DNA of 64,000 nucleotides from an uncultured virus (IMG/VR IMGVR_UViG_3300006736_000006) (Duplodnaviria; Heunggongvirae; Uroviricota; Caudoviricetes), in the IMG/VR virus record IMGVR_UViG_3300006736_000006, one strand, 5' to 3'. The translations under genes were made by a program, and so were the position numbers. Below, one piece after another: positions 48,391 to 57,365 of this stretch (positions within the stretch are counted from its first letter, which is position 1; each line of letters starts with the position of its first letter). The notes below the pieces were generated by a model. The model did no database searches. It was given only the letters and a program-made list of their open reading frames with translations, and was not told the origin of the DNA.

Positions 48391-51300
48391 TTACTCAAAA
48401 CTTACTCCAGCATTAGTGATGATAAAGTCTATAGCTATAAACTCTACAGCTCTTGTAGGAACGACAACTATCCTTCCATTAAGAATGTTATTTTCCACAT
48501 CCTCTTGAGTATTATTGCTGGAATCCATCACAACCTTGAATTGATCAATTCCCTGCTGACTCTGAACCAGAGATAACAACGGCGTCGCCTGAGAAACGAA
48601 CCTAGCTCTTGTCTCAGGTGTGTTTTGCTCAAAGACTATCTTATTTGCTACATCGACAATTATTCTCTTAACCTCTAGAAGCATCCTTCTCACATTAACC
48701 CTGTCAAGTGATGTTCTTGCCTGCTGTAGTGTCTTCTGTCCGAATATTACAAATCCCGCACGTGGGAATGTGGCAATTGGATTAATTTTAGCGTCATAAA
48801 GTTCATCTCTATCTGCCTGGTTTAGGCGAACCTTTACGTTTGTTACAAAATCAAGTGAACCTCTGTTAAACCCAGCTGGAGCAAACCATGGGTAGGCAAC
48901 ATTATCACTAAACCCTATGGCACCAATAACTGCAACAGATGCTGGTACATCAACTAACTGATTGTTAATTGGATCATTAATGGTAACATCTGGGAAATAT
49001 GCTGCAGCATAATTGTTATCTAGTGCTCTAGATTCAAGATCTTCTAGTGTCTTGCTTACACTTGGGAGCCCGCCTCCCTCAAATACCCTGTTTCCATCAG
49101 AGTTATACCCGGGAATCTCCATTATATAGAATCCTTTTCCATAATCCTCAAGCTGATCGAGAACATAGTCTGTTAGGGCTGAATCTCTGATTCCTGGAAT
49201 TGCTATGATGTTTGCTCGAGATGACATTGGATCTGTAAGAATTTTTGCTGCTGTCCTGTATGATGCTATGATATTGTTTGTCTTTCCTATCCCAAATGCA
49301 TTTTCATTAGTATCTAGACCAATATCAAGCGTTGCTACAGCCTTTCCTCCAGTGTCTCCCGAAGATGCTCTATCATTCATTCTTGCCATATCTTTATCAA
49401 GAATATTAACACCATCAAATCCACCATACATCATGTTTGTAAACTTTGAGTAATCTACAAACTTATTAAAGTATAGCGATGAAGTCATGGCTAGGAGTGT
49501 AGCAAATGTAACTCGCTTTGTTATATACCCATCGTTAATAGCGTATGTTGAAAGATCTGGGAAGCCATCTCTAATATAGGCTGTCTCTAGCATGTGCTCC
49601 TTGACAGTTCCTGTTATTGCATTGTTTGCTGTGGCCCCAAGGTTATCTAGACCAGAAGACTGCTGTACTGCATTTTTAAGAGCAACACGCGCCAACGTAA
49701 ACTTATTACAATTAAATTCATCTGCTCCTGAACCTGTGACGAGTGTGTCTAGCTTCTCTATCCCTAAGAATTTTGAGTAGGATCTAAATAAACTATTTAC
49801 CTCAGTTGAAGCATTTGAGTTTAAAATGGCATTTGATAATGAGCCAGTTCTTGGAATGCTATCAAACTTGCATCCCCAGTAGTATCTTGAATCTGCTATC
49901 TCCTCAGATCCTTGTTGACCTACGAATGCAGGAGAGAGCTTAACATTTCCTCGTGTACACTTAAACCTAAGCGGTACTGGAGGAAGAATTGACATACTTA
50001 AAACAAGAGCTGTTCCGCCCAGTTCAGACGAACCAGGCTTTGAGAAAGTTAATCTTCCAGGACCAAGAGTTCCGTTTGCTGCAGAACCTCTACTAGCGCC
50101 TCCAGGATTAGAGTATGTCCCTCTAATGCTTCCAGAATAATCTGTTAGTGTGTCATTGGTCTTGACGACAGGAAGACCTCTGAATCCAAATGGCATCGCA
50201 TCTTCTGGAACTTTTTTCTGTTCCATTTCTGTGCTTAGTATGACTCTGATCCTAGACGACTTGTTTGGATACTTACCCTTAACGAGCAATCTTCTCTCAG
50301 ACTCTAGCTCTGCATCAAAGTTATAGTATGCCTTAAAATCACCTATTTTTTTCGATATAAAGTTAGGATCATTTGGATTCAGAGTACATATCGGATATCT
50401 CTCAAGAACCTTCGGCGATGTGTCAGAGTCATCAAATCCTCTAACCTCAACAGTAAATGTTCCATACGGATCCTTGGGATTTGTTGGCTTCTTTAGATTT
50501 GATATAGAAATCTTGTACTTCTCATTAGCAACAGATCCATCTGATATAGTCTCAAAGTAAAATAAATTCCACTCTTTCCTTCCATACGGCTGTGATATGA
50601 AGTATGTTGATCTAGGTGTCGTGTACCTGGTGTCAAATCTACCAAATCCATCTCTATATGTTAGGTCAGATACTCCTGATGCAGCGGATCCTGAAGCTGA
50701 TCCAGAACAAATAGCTATTGATCTATTAGATGTGGCAACTGTCATGATCTCATCTGCTACAGGAAAATCAGCATAAAGAAGATGCTGTTCTGATTCAAAC
50801 CTCTCTGGATCAGTATTAAGTACATTTCCAAAATAATTTTCATCTGTTGGATTAAGAGATGCTGTAAATACTTTTACGTTAGAATATCCATCTGCTGACC
50901 AGTTTGCTGCCGTAGATGAGAGGACGAGCTTAAATGTCTTGTAAAGCTTATCTGATGAGGTTGGGTTGACATTTGCCATGTCATCTGATACATTAGTCGG
51001 TGAATAGGTCTGATTATAATCTAGAACCTCAAATCTTGTTCCTGTAGCAGAAAAAAGCATACCGCGAACAATATTAAAGCCCTGATCCAGATCCTGGCCT
51101 TTAAAGCTATTGTTTGAAGAAAATATCGGATATCCAACAGACTCATTAGAAGATGTTACGTGTCTAGCACATAAAAATTGCACACATCCTTTATGGCCTC
51201 CCAGTGTGGCATCTGATGAAACTGCTGTCCCTATTACCTTAAATCCTGCGTGTCTTACTATTCCTGCGACCCTAGTGTTCTCTATGTCAGTTACTGTCTC

Positions 51301-51573
51301 ATTTGCTCCTGCGCCCAATACCCTAACATATGTTGCTGCAGTTCTATTCTTCAAGAACTCCCTTACAGCATATGGGCCGAACATCTTAGAGTTGAGGCTT
51401 CCAAATTTCTTTTCAAAATCTGAATATGATCCAACAGTCACTGGAACGAATGCAGGCCCCATCTCAGATGTCCCTGCAACACCTGCTGGTACTCCAACGA
51501 TCTCAGACACTCTCTGCGAGAGGTCGATTTCGTTTTCAAAGAATCCAGGTGATCTAAACGTTTGTTCAGCCAT
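48391..51573 (-). CDS. Tail sheath protein (paralogue 1)
   Basis: SPGFFENEIDLS, GPAFVP, PWFAPAGFNRG, FGQKT, DRVNVRRML and PTRAVEFI. Start at MAEQ with a GGAG RBS. Confidence 0.93.
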   Translation of the reverse strand: MAEQTFRSPGFFENEIDLSQRVSEIVGVPAGVAGTSEMGPAFVPVTVGSYSDFEKKFGSLNSKMFGPYAVREFLKNRTAATYVRVLGAGANETVTDIENTRVAGIVRHAGFKVIGTAVSSDATLGGHKGCVQFLCARHVTSSNESVGYPIFSSNNSFKGQDLDQGFNIVRGMLFSATGTRFEVLDYNQTYSPTNVSDDMANVNPTSSDKLYKTFKLVLSSTAANWSADGYSNVKVFTASLNPTDENYFGNVLNTDPERFESEQHLLYADFPVADEIMTVATSNRSIAICSGSASGSAASGVSDLTYRDGFGRFDTRYTTPRSTYFISQPYGRKEWNLFYFETISDGSVANEKYKISISNLKKPTNPKDPYGTFTVEVRGFDDSDTSPKVLERYPICTLNPNDPNFISKKIGDFKAYYNFDAELESERRLLVKGKYPNKSSRIRVILSTEMEQKKVPEDAMPFGFRGLPVVKTNDTLTDYSGSIRGTYSNPGGASRGSAANGTLGPGRLTFSKPGSSELGGTALVLSMSILPPVPLRFKCTRGNVKLSPAFVGQQGSEEIADSRYYWGCKFDSIPRTGSLSNAILNSNASTEVNSLFRSYSKFLGIEKLDTLVTGSGADEFNCNKFTLARVALKNAVQQSSGLDNLGATANNAITGTVKEHMLETAYIRDGFPDLSTYAINDGYITKRVTFATLLAMTSSLYFNKFVDYSKFTNMMYGGFDGVNILDKDMARMNDRASSGDTGGKAVATLDIGLDTNENAFGIGKTNNIIASYRTAAKILTDPMSSRANIIAIPGIRDSALTDYVLDQLEDYGKGFYIMEIPGYNSDGNRVFEGGGLPSVSKTLEDLESRALDNNYAAAYFPDVTINDPINNQLVDVPASVAVIGAIGFSDNVAYPWFAPAGFNRGSLDFVTNVKVRLNQADRDELYDAKINPIATFPRAGFVIFGQKTLQQARTSLDRVNVRRMLLEVKRIIVDVANKIVFEQNTPETRARFVSQATPLLSLVQSQQGIDQFKVVMDSSNNTQEDVENNILNGRIVVVPTRAVEFIAIDFIITNAGVSFE

Positions 51574-51623
51574 CAACAAATCTCCTGTGCTTGTCTCTAC
51601 AGTTATAACTATCGCTCAAACGA

Positions 51624-52844
51624 TCAATTGTCCTCATCAAGCACGGTATCAAATTGACTTTCTAGATCAACGACTATTCTTGAACTTGCAACTGTTTCCC
51701 CCGATCTCTGATGACGAGTTTTTATCTTAACCCACCTCTTAGATTTTTCACCTGTAAATGGGTCAATTATCGTATCAAGAAGTCTTTCTGATCCCTGCCC
51801 TCTCATAGAGGGAGTATGCCCTTTGATGTCGATATTTTGAACATCATTCAAGATAAATTTATTTAAGTCTCTGTCTCCATCTGGTGATCCATTAACAGTC
51901 TTCACCTCTGTGCTGACTTGATTATATCCAAATTCTATTTGAGGTGCTGAAATAAACTTTCTGAACGGCTGGGGTAGACCCTCATGCTGCTGTGCAAGAA
52001 TATATGTCGGTACTGTCATATTGAAGGAATATCTAACTATTCTTTCATCAGATGAAAAATCTGTCAGGTTGTCAGCAGACGTCAGTGTAGGTTTAAGAAA
52101 AGCCACATATTGATATCCATCTTTGGACTCTATGAGAAAATCGTGCCCCTGGCCGCTGAAAAATGAGAATAGCATTTCCATCATTTGATTCATATGCTGC
52201 ATATACTGTGTCCAAAATATTATCTCATAGTCTATTGCAACAAATTTTGGGTATGGCACCGTTATTATCTCAAATATATTTTCACCTAAATTATTTTTTA
52301 AAAGGCTTCCATTTGGATCATCTAAGAATGAAAGATTATTATCATTTCTTCTAGATGCCACCTTTCCTACTTTTGAAATATTTCCTGGAAATATATTATT
52401 ACTATCAAAATTAGACCTTGCAGCAACATTTGATTGATTTTTTAATCTTAGTTTATTAATAATTTTTTGATAATCTCTATCTCTAGGATCGAGCCTTTTT
52501 CTAACGACATAGCTCTGTTGATTTCTATATGCTATGGCTGTCTTGTACCCACCTTGGCTAGGGCCATGATCAAGATTTGTTCTTCTAATTGAAATAATAG
52601 GAAGTATGAGAGCATTATTTCTATCACGTATGGGTGACTTTCTTCTTGTAAGTGCAAACCTCTCTCCGGTTGCAAAAACCACGGGAACCATTTTAGTCGT
52701 ATTATCTATCTTAATTTGAAATGGTATCGTTTCGTTAAATAGGTTAAACAATGCCCTATCTGTCTCTTCTATCCCCGATGCAGGAATAAAAAAGTCTTCA
52801 GGAACATTTCCTTCATACCCACCATCTAGTTTTCTATCAGACAT
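51624..52844 (-). CDS. Tail completion / sheath-stabiliser-like protein
   Basis: VPVVFATGER, LPIISIRRT and P.P..V.I.Y.....W. Located between the neck and sheath genes. Confidence 0.62.
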   Translation of the reverse strand: MSDRKLDGGYEGNVPEDFFIPASGIEETDRALFNLFNETIPFQIKIDNTTKMVPVVFATGERFALTRRKSPIRDRNNALILPIISIRRTNLDHGPSQGGYKTAIAYRNQQSYVVRKRLDPRDRDYQKIINKLRLKNQSNVAARSNFDSNNIFPGNISKVGKVASRRNDNNLSFLDDPNGSLLKNNLGENIFEIITVPYPKFVAIDYEIIFWTQYMQHMNQMMEMLFSFFSGQGHDFLIESKDGYQYVAFLKPTLTSADNLTDFSSDERIVRYSFNMTVPTYILAQQHEGLPQPFRKFISAPQIEFGYNQVSTEVKTVNGSPDGDRDLNKFILNDVQNIDIKGHTPSMRGQGSERLLDTIIDPFTGEKSKRWVKIKTRHQRSGETVASSRIVVDLESQFDTVLDEDN

Positions 52845-52850
52845 ATCTAA

Positions 52851-53513
52851 TTAACTCTCATCATAAAATGCAGAACCTGCTCTTCCTGCTCCCTTTGGTG
52901 TTACCTCTCCTGGTCCAGAAATAGGCTTTGTAAGAACATCGTTTTCCTGTAATGCTCTAATGTCTCCTGTCGGGCCTTCCACATTCATAGCAAAACCTCT
53001 CTGCTGCACAAAGGTTTCCTGGACTGCATCTGGATCTGAGTATGCTTCTGATGTTGGTCCAAATATCTTTGATGTAAATTGACCCTTTCTAGACTGCTTG
53101 CCGGTTATAGTCAAAAATCCTTTATGCTCGATCTCTCCATATATTGTATTTGAATCTGGAGCCTGTATAACCTCAAAAAATACAGAGCCATAACTAAAAA
53201 AGTCGCCCTCAAGAATCTGTATTCCCTTATCAAGCAGATCTCTTTCTTGTATATACGCTTCAATTGTATAATATTCCTCACTTCCAAATACATTTGCTCT
53301 AATTTCTTGAGGCTGATATTTTACAAGTGCTCCTATCTCTATGGGATTTTCAAAAACTTTTTCTGGTGCCTCTTCGTATACATCATGCACCTTTGATTTT
53401 ATCTCAGATATAGGAAAATAATATATCTTCTGGCCCACTACATCCTTGACGATCTCTTTTCCAATATCGTTTATAAAATTTATCTCTCTTGGTGTTATAA
53501 AAAGCCTTGACAC
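52851..53513 (-). CDS. Neck/head-closure protein (gp14-like)
   Basis: E....VVGQ.I.Y....VY.E..K.F..P and EGDF..YG..FE pattern, plus synteny. Confidence 0.62.
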   Translation of the reverse strand: MSRLFITPREINFINDIGKEIVKDVVGQKIYYFPISEIKSKVHDVYEEAPEKVFENPIEIGALVKYQPQEIRANVFGSEEYYTIEAYIQERDLLDKGIQILEGDFFSYGSVFFEVIQAPDSNTIYGEIEHKGFLTITGKQSRKGQFTSKIFGPTSEAYSDPDAVQETFVQQRGFAMNVEGPTGDIRALQENDVLTKPISGPGEVTPKGAGRAGSAFYDES

Positions 53514-53516
53514 TGT

Positions 53517-54698
53517 CTATCCCATAAATATTGACCAGCCATTTGGCATTGGAACAAATTTTAATTGTTTATTAATAAACTCTGCTCTAGATGCAGCTGT
53601 TTCGGCTAGCTTATCATATGTCATTGTTTCAAGCATCTCTTTGAGCTTTGTAACAAGTGAATCTCTATCTGCTCTTCCTTGATCCACAAGAGATGTTCCG
53701 TTTAATGTAAGATCAGATCCAGGTATTGGAATTGTGCTAAATTTTGACCTGATTAATCCAAGCTGCTCTCTACTTAAGGCCAATGTGTACTGTCTTATCC
53801 ACTGTCTTCCTATGCTGTTAACGTTGTTATACTCAAGATTTCCAAACGGAATGTCAGATAGATTTGAAACACCTGATATTGTCTCATCAGTGAATGAGGG
53901 ATTAAGGGGATCAGAAAAGAATTTCACTCTTAAGAATAACTTTTTAGGATTGATATTTGTCGGGCATGGATATATTCTTATATTTGTTCCGACCACCTTA
54001 TATGAATAATTTGATCTTCTAACCCTGTTAGATAGATCAAGCTGTCCAGCTCTAAGAATGTCCTCAAAGACCGGCAATACATAAAATATTGTTTCTGGTG
54101 TAAAAGATTCAAATGAAAACTCATTATTCAGATAGTTAATCGCTGATGTTGTATCAAAAAATCTATATGCGGCCTGTGGTGAAAAGTGAAAAACCTCACT
54201 TATTTGAATCTTTGTTCTAGGGCTATTTCTACTTCCTGAAACGATAAGATTTCCACTTGCATCCTTTAGCTCCTTATAGATATCATAGTCTTGTACGTCC
54301 TGTCTCAGCTCTATTGATCCAGACATCATATTATATGCGCCACCGACTCCAGCCTCAGAAGCATACGGCTCGGCAACTCTTGTTAAGAAATCAAGATTTT
54401 CTCTAGGATATTTTCCTTCTGATCCAGACATCACTCCTGATGATCCGGTTATTGGCATTCCTAAAAACTGAATCAGCTGTGACTTTGCCTGATATTGATT
54501 TAAAATTGAGCTAAACTCTAGTGTTGATTCTTCTAAGTTTGCCCATATCTGCTTTTTTGTCAGCTCAACTGATAATATGTCGTCGCCTAACTTTCTTTTA
54601 ACAAAGACTATAACATTATCAGCCTCTGTTTGAAAGTTTGACTCACTATTAAAAAATCCAAACGGAGTTGGATTACTTGTATTAGCAAAAGTAGCCAC
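53517..54698 (-). CDS. Neck/head-tail adaptor protein (gp13-like)
   Basis: KRKLG...SVEL and WIRQYTLAL.RE.LG.IR.KF..IP.PG...LNG. Confidence 0.78.
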   Translation of the reverse strand: MATFANTSNPTPFGFFNSESNFQTEADNVIVFVKRKLGDDILSVELTKKQIWANLEESTLEFSSILNQYQAKSQLIQFLGMPITGSSGVMSGSEGKYPRENLDFLTRVAEPYASEAGVGGAYNMMSGSIELRQDVQDYDIYKELKDASGNLIVSGSRNSPRTKIQISEVFHFSPQAAYRFFDTTSAINYLNNEFSFESFTPETIFYVLPVFEDILRAGQLDLSNRVRRSNYSYKVVGTNIRIYPCPTNINPKKLFLRVKFFSDPLNPSFTDETISGVSNLSDIPFGNLEYNNVNSIGRQWIRQYTLALSREQLGLIRSKFSTIPIPGSDLTLNGTSLVDQGRADRDSLVTKLKEMLETMTYDKLAETAASRAEFINKQLKFVPMPNGWSIFMG

Positions 54699-54850
54699 AT
54701 GACACCTATGATTGAGAACAACTCTACCAATAAGTATCTCTAAGACTTAAATGATTCTATCTTTCTTGTATCTGGTGACACTAAAAATGATATAAAATTA
54801 ATAATAGTTTCTTTATATCTAACTGTAGCAGTGATATTAAAAATTATAAA

Positions 54851-55129
54851 TTACTTTTTAGAAGGTCTTCCTCTTTTTTTTGAAGCTGTAGTGCTATCAC
54901 TTTTTACAGGTTCTGAAATCTGAACAGCACTCTTCTCTAGTGCAGGAGGTGAATGAGCAGGCTGTGTGGTTGTCTGAGAATGTGTTTGCTGCTGATTTTG
55001 TGAAAATGATCTAACTGCTACACTTAAAACCTCAGCCTCCTCAAGTGTGTAAATTCCCTTTCTCTGAGCAACTCTAACACCATTTACTAAAACTGTGAGA
55101 GCATTCAATTGATCCTCATACGTTGCCAT
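54851..55129 (-). CDS. Small hypothetical protein with C-terminal KKRGRP (AT-hook-like) motif
   Basis: Has its own TATAAT promoter-like element and an AGGAG RBS. Confidence 0.65.
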   Translation of the reverse strand: MATYEDQLNALTVLVNGVRVAQRKGIYTLEEAEVLSVAVRSFSQNQQQTHSQTTTQPAHSPPALEKSAVQISEPVKSDSTTASKKRGRPSKK

Positions 55130-55192
55130 TATTTCTCCTAATTCATTTATATGAAATTATAATCACAAAAATCATGTTGTAACACGCACAAT

Positions 55193-55223
55193 AAAAAAAA
55201 GGCGACTTAAAAGTCGCCTTTTT
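55193..55223 (-). terminator. Rho-independent terminator
   Basis: GGCGACTT-AA-AAGTCGCC stem with T8 on the minus strand. Confidence 0.88.
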
Positions 55224-55247
55224 AATTCAAATATTCTAGAAAATATC

Positions 55248-55817
55248 TTAATCTTGTGCGTTACCGATGCAACTAATTGTTGGAGTCGTGGTTGTCGTAA
55301 TAACTTCAACATCAACAAAGTCACCGGCTTGTACACCACTTGAGGCTATAAACTCCACTCCAGTATTGGCGTTATTCGCCTCATCCAGGAAGACAATATC
55401 CGTTGCGGCTGCACCGGCTGCGTCTAGAAGCATTCCCTTGAATGGTGTCGCTGTACCGAGCGCACTAAACCCAGCAGAAGCTGTTAGAAAAATATTATTT
55501 GTTAGAACAGCTGCTTGAGAACCTGTAAGCGTGAACCTTGCCTTCCATCCAGCAACTGCTGGGATATGAACGGTATAGATTGCAGAGTGATCACCTAATA
55601 AAATTGTCTTTCCGCTGTGAGATGCAGATAGCATACAGTCAGCACCGCTGAAACCAGATGTTCCTGGAGATACGACAACTCTCTCCTGTAGCATTCCGCC
55701 GAGAGATTGTCCATTGAGCTTTACACTTTTCTTAAACGTTGTTGTACTTTGAACATCTACACCAGAACCTGCCTCCTGGACAAGTCCCTTACCATCTGTA
55801 ATTGTTACCTTTGGCAT
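55248..55817 (-). CDS. Probable virion protein (beta-rich, possibly a head decoration protein)
   Basis: Start MPKVTITD with an AAGGAG RBS. Flanked by its own late-type motif and terminator. Gly/Ala/Thr-rich. Confidence 0.6.
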   Translation of the reverse strand: MPKVTITDGKGLVQEAGSGVDVQSTTTFKKSVKLNGQSLGGMLQERVVVSPGTSGFSGADCMLSASHSGKTILLGDHSAIYTVHIPAVAGWKARFTLTGSQAAVLTNNIFLTASAGFSALGTATPFKGMLLDAAGAAATDIVFLDEANNANTGVEFIASSGVQAGDFVDVEVITTTTTPTISCIGNAQD

Positions 55818-55938
55818 AATCTTTCTCCTTTGTCCGCATGATTCCAATTCGCCGGCGGGGTCGGTTGATTATATGAACTGGGCCTAATACTACATATCCC
55901 TATGGGGTTAAAATATCATTATAAAGTAATATAATTAT

Positions 55939-57249
55939 CTAAAATCCAGCGATTACAGAAATTGCTATTAGTCCAGGCAACCTTTGCTTGACATACACGC
56001 CTGAAAATAATGTATCTGTCCTTCCCCCTACATAAGAAAAAGCTGCTTCAAGGTTCTTGCTCACACCTGGATTAGATGCCATCTCAGGAGTAACTATTAA
56101 CAGCATCACTCCTGTTGATGCTTTTCCAGCTGGAGCAGGGCATGGAGATGATTTTAAGCATCCCTGATAGAGAATTGATCCCAAATCTTGTCTGTTTACA
56201 TCTCTAGCAACTGTGCTTCCAATGACCATTCTTCCTGTCGTGCTAAGCACTCTCTCAAGATCCTTGGAGTCAAATGATTGTATTGGAGACGTCTCATCTG
56301 CTAGCTTCAAAACTTGCCATAGCAGCTTTGCAAAATTTCTATTCGCTGAGGGATATAGGTCAAGCATTCCGACCTTTCCCCTTAGCAGCTGAAGCTGTTT
56401 CTCATTATCAATCATGATGTGTGGATGAAGAGCAACGTCAGACATTAAAGATTCATAATTTGCTGCTATTGTAGGATTGAGCAATTCCTGAGCAGTCGGT
56501 CTTGTAACAATATATACTACCTGGCCCGCTGCCTCTACTGATCTGAGGTATCTATCAAATGCTCCACCTAGAATATTGGAAGCGCTTCCTGTTCCTCCGC
56601 CGCCGCCGGCAATAACAAAAAGCCAGTCTACCTTTCCTATTCTAGTTCGAATAGCATCTTCAACAAGCGCACTATTATTTTCCAAAACCTTCTTTCCAAG
56701 TGCTATGTCTTTACCGACTCCATCAGCACCAGGCAGCAAAAGAAAATGCTCAGCCGAGACTCCCTCTGGCTGATCCTTTACAGTTGTATTTATGAGAAGA
56801 GTCTTATTAAATCCAAGATCTAGAAATGCCTTGGCGAGTTTTCCTCCCCCACCGCCGATTCCAAGAAATGCACACTTAATTGCAGATGCGGCAGAATTTT
56901 CAGGAAGCATCCTTTCATCTGCGGTAACCGGATCATCATCGTACGCTTCAACGAAATCAAAATCATCAAAATCACCCTCATCTACTACAGGTGATTCATA
57001 TTGAGAATGTTCAGGTTCTTCTTGAACATTATGACCTTCATTTATCTGTGTGTCTGTATCTTGGTTACTCATTTGGGGCTCCTGTATTTCTTGTGGAGGC
57101 TGTCGTTGATCTTTTAACTCATTCGCAACATCCTTTAATGTCTCCTTGGCTGCTTGCTGGTAAAAGCTATCATTTACATCTGACATTATCTTATTATCCT
57201 CTTGTTGTTCATCTGCATAGAAAAAACTCGTCTTTATAGAGCTTGTCAT
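55939..57249 (-). CDS. Tubulin/FtsZ-family GTPase (PhuZ/TubZ-like) with acidic N-terminal extension
   Basis: LGIGGGGGK (T1), INTT..D, GVGKD (T3), GGGGGTGS (T4), IDNE and FDSKDL (T7-like). Start could be at the second Met (57186). Confidence 0.88.
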   Translation of the reverse strand: MTSSIKTSFFYADEQQEDNKIMSDVNDSFYQQAAKETLKDVANELKDQRQPPQEIQEPQMSNQDTDTQINEGHNVQEEPEHSQYESPVVDEGDFDDFDFVEAYDDDPVTADERMLPENSAASAIKCAFLGIGGGGGKLAKAFLDLGFNKTLLINTTVKDQPEGVSAEHFLLLPGADGVGKDIALGKKVLENNSALVEDAIRTRIGKVDWLFVIAGGGGGTGSASNILGGAFDRYLRSVEAAGQVVYIVTRPTAQELLNPTIAANYESLMSDVALHPHIMIDNEKQLQLLRGKVGMLDLYPSANRNFAKLLWQVLKLADETSPIQSFDSKDLERVLSTTGRMVIGSTVARDVNRQDLGSILYQGCLKSSPCPAPAGKASTGVMLLIVTPEMASNPGVSKNLEAAFSYVGGRTDTLFSGVYVKQRLPGLIAISVIAGF

Positions 57250-57311
57250 GACATATATTACTCATTATTCCACATTTATAAATATCTAGCTGACAAACAT
57301 CTATCACAAAT

Positions 57312-57342
57312 AAAAAAGGGGCGCCTCTATGAGGCGCCCCTT
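57312..57342 (-). terminator. Rho-independent terminator after major capsid gene
   Basis: GGGGCGCCTC-3 nt-GAGGCGCCCC followed by T6 on the minus strand. Confidence 0.9.
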
Positions 57343-57365
57343 AGTAGCTCATCTCTAAGGATATC

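Noticed and set aside
33645..53513. Bacterial extracellular contractile injection system, suggested by the two sheaths
   Set aside because: The region is contiguous with capsid, scaffold, prohead protease and neck genes, so it is a true phage tail.
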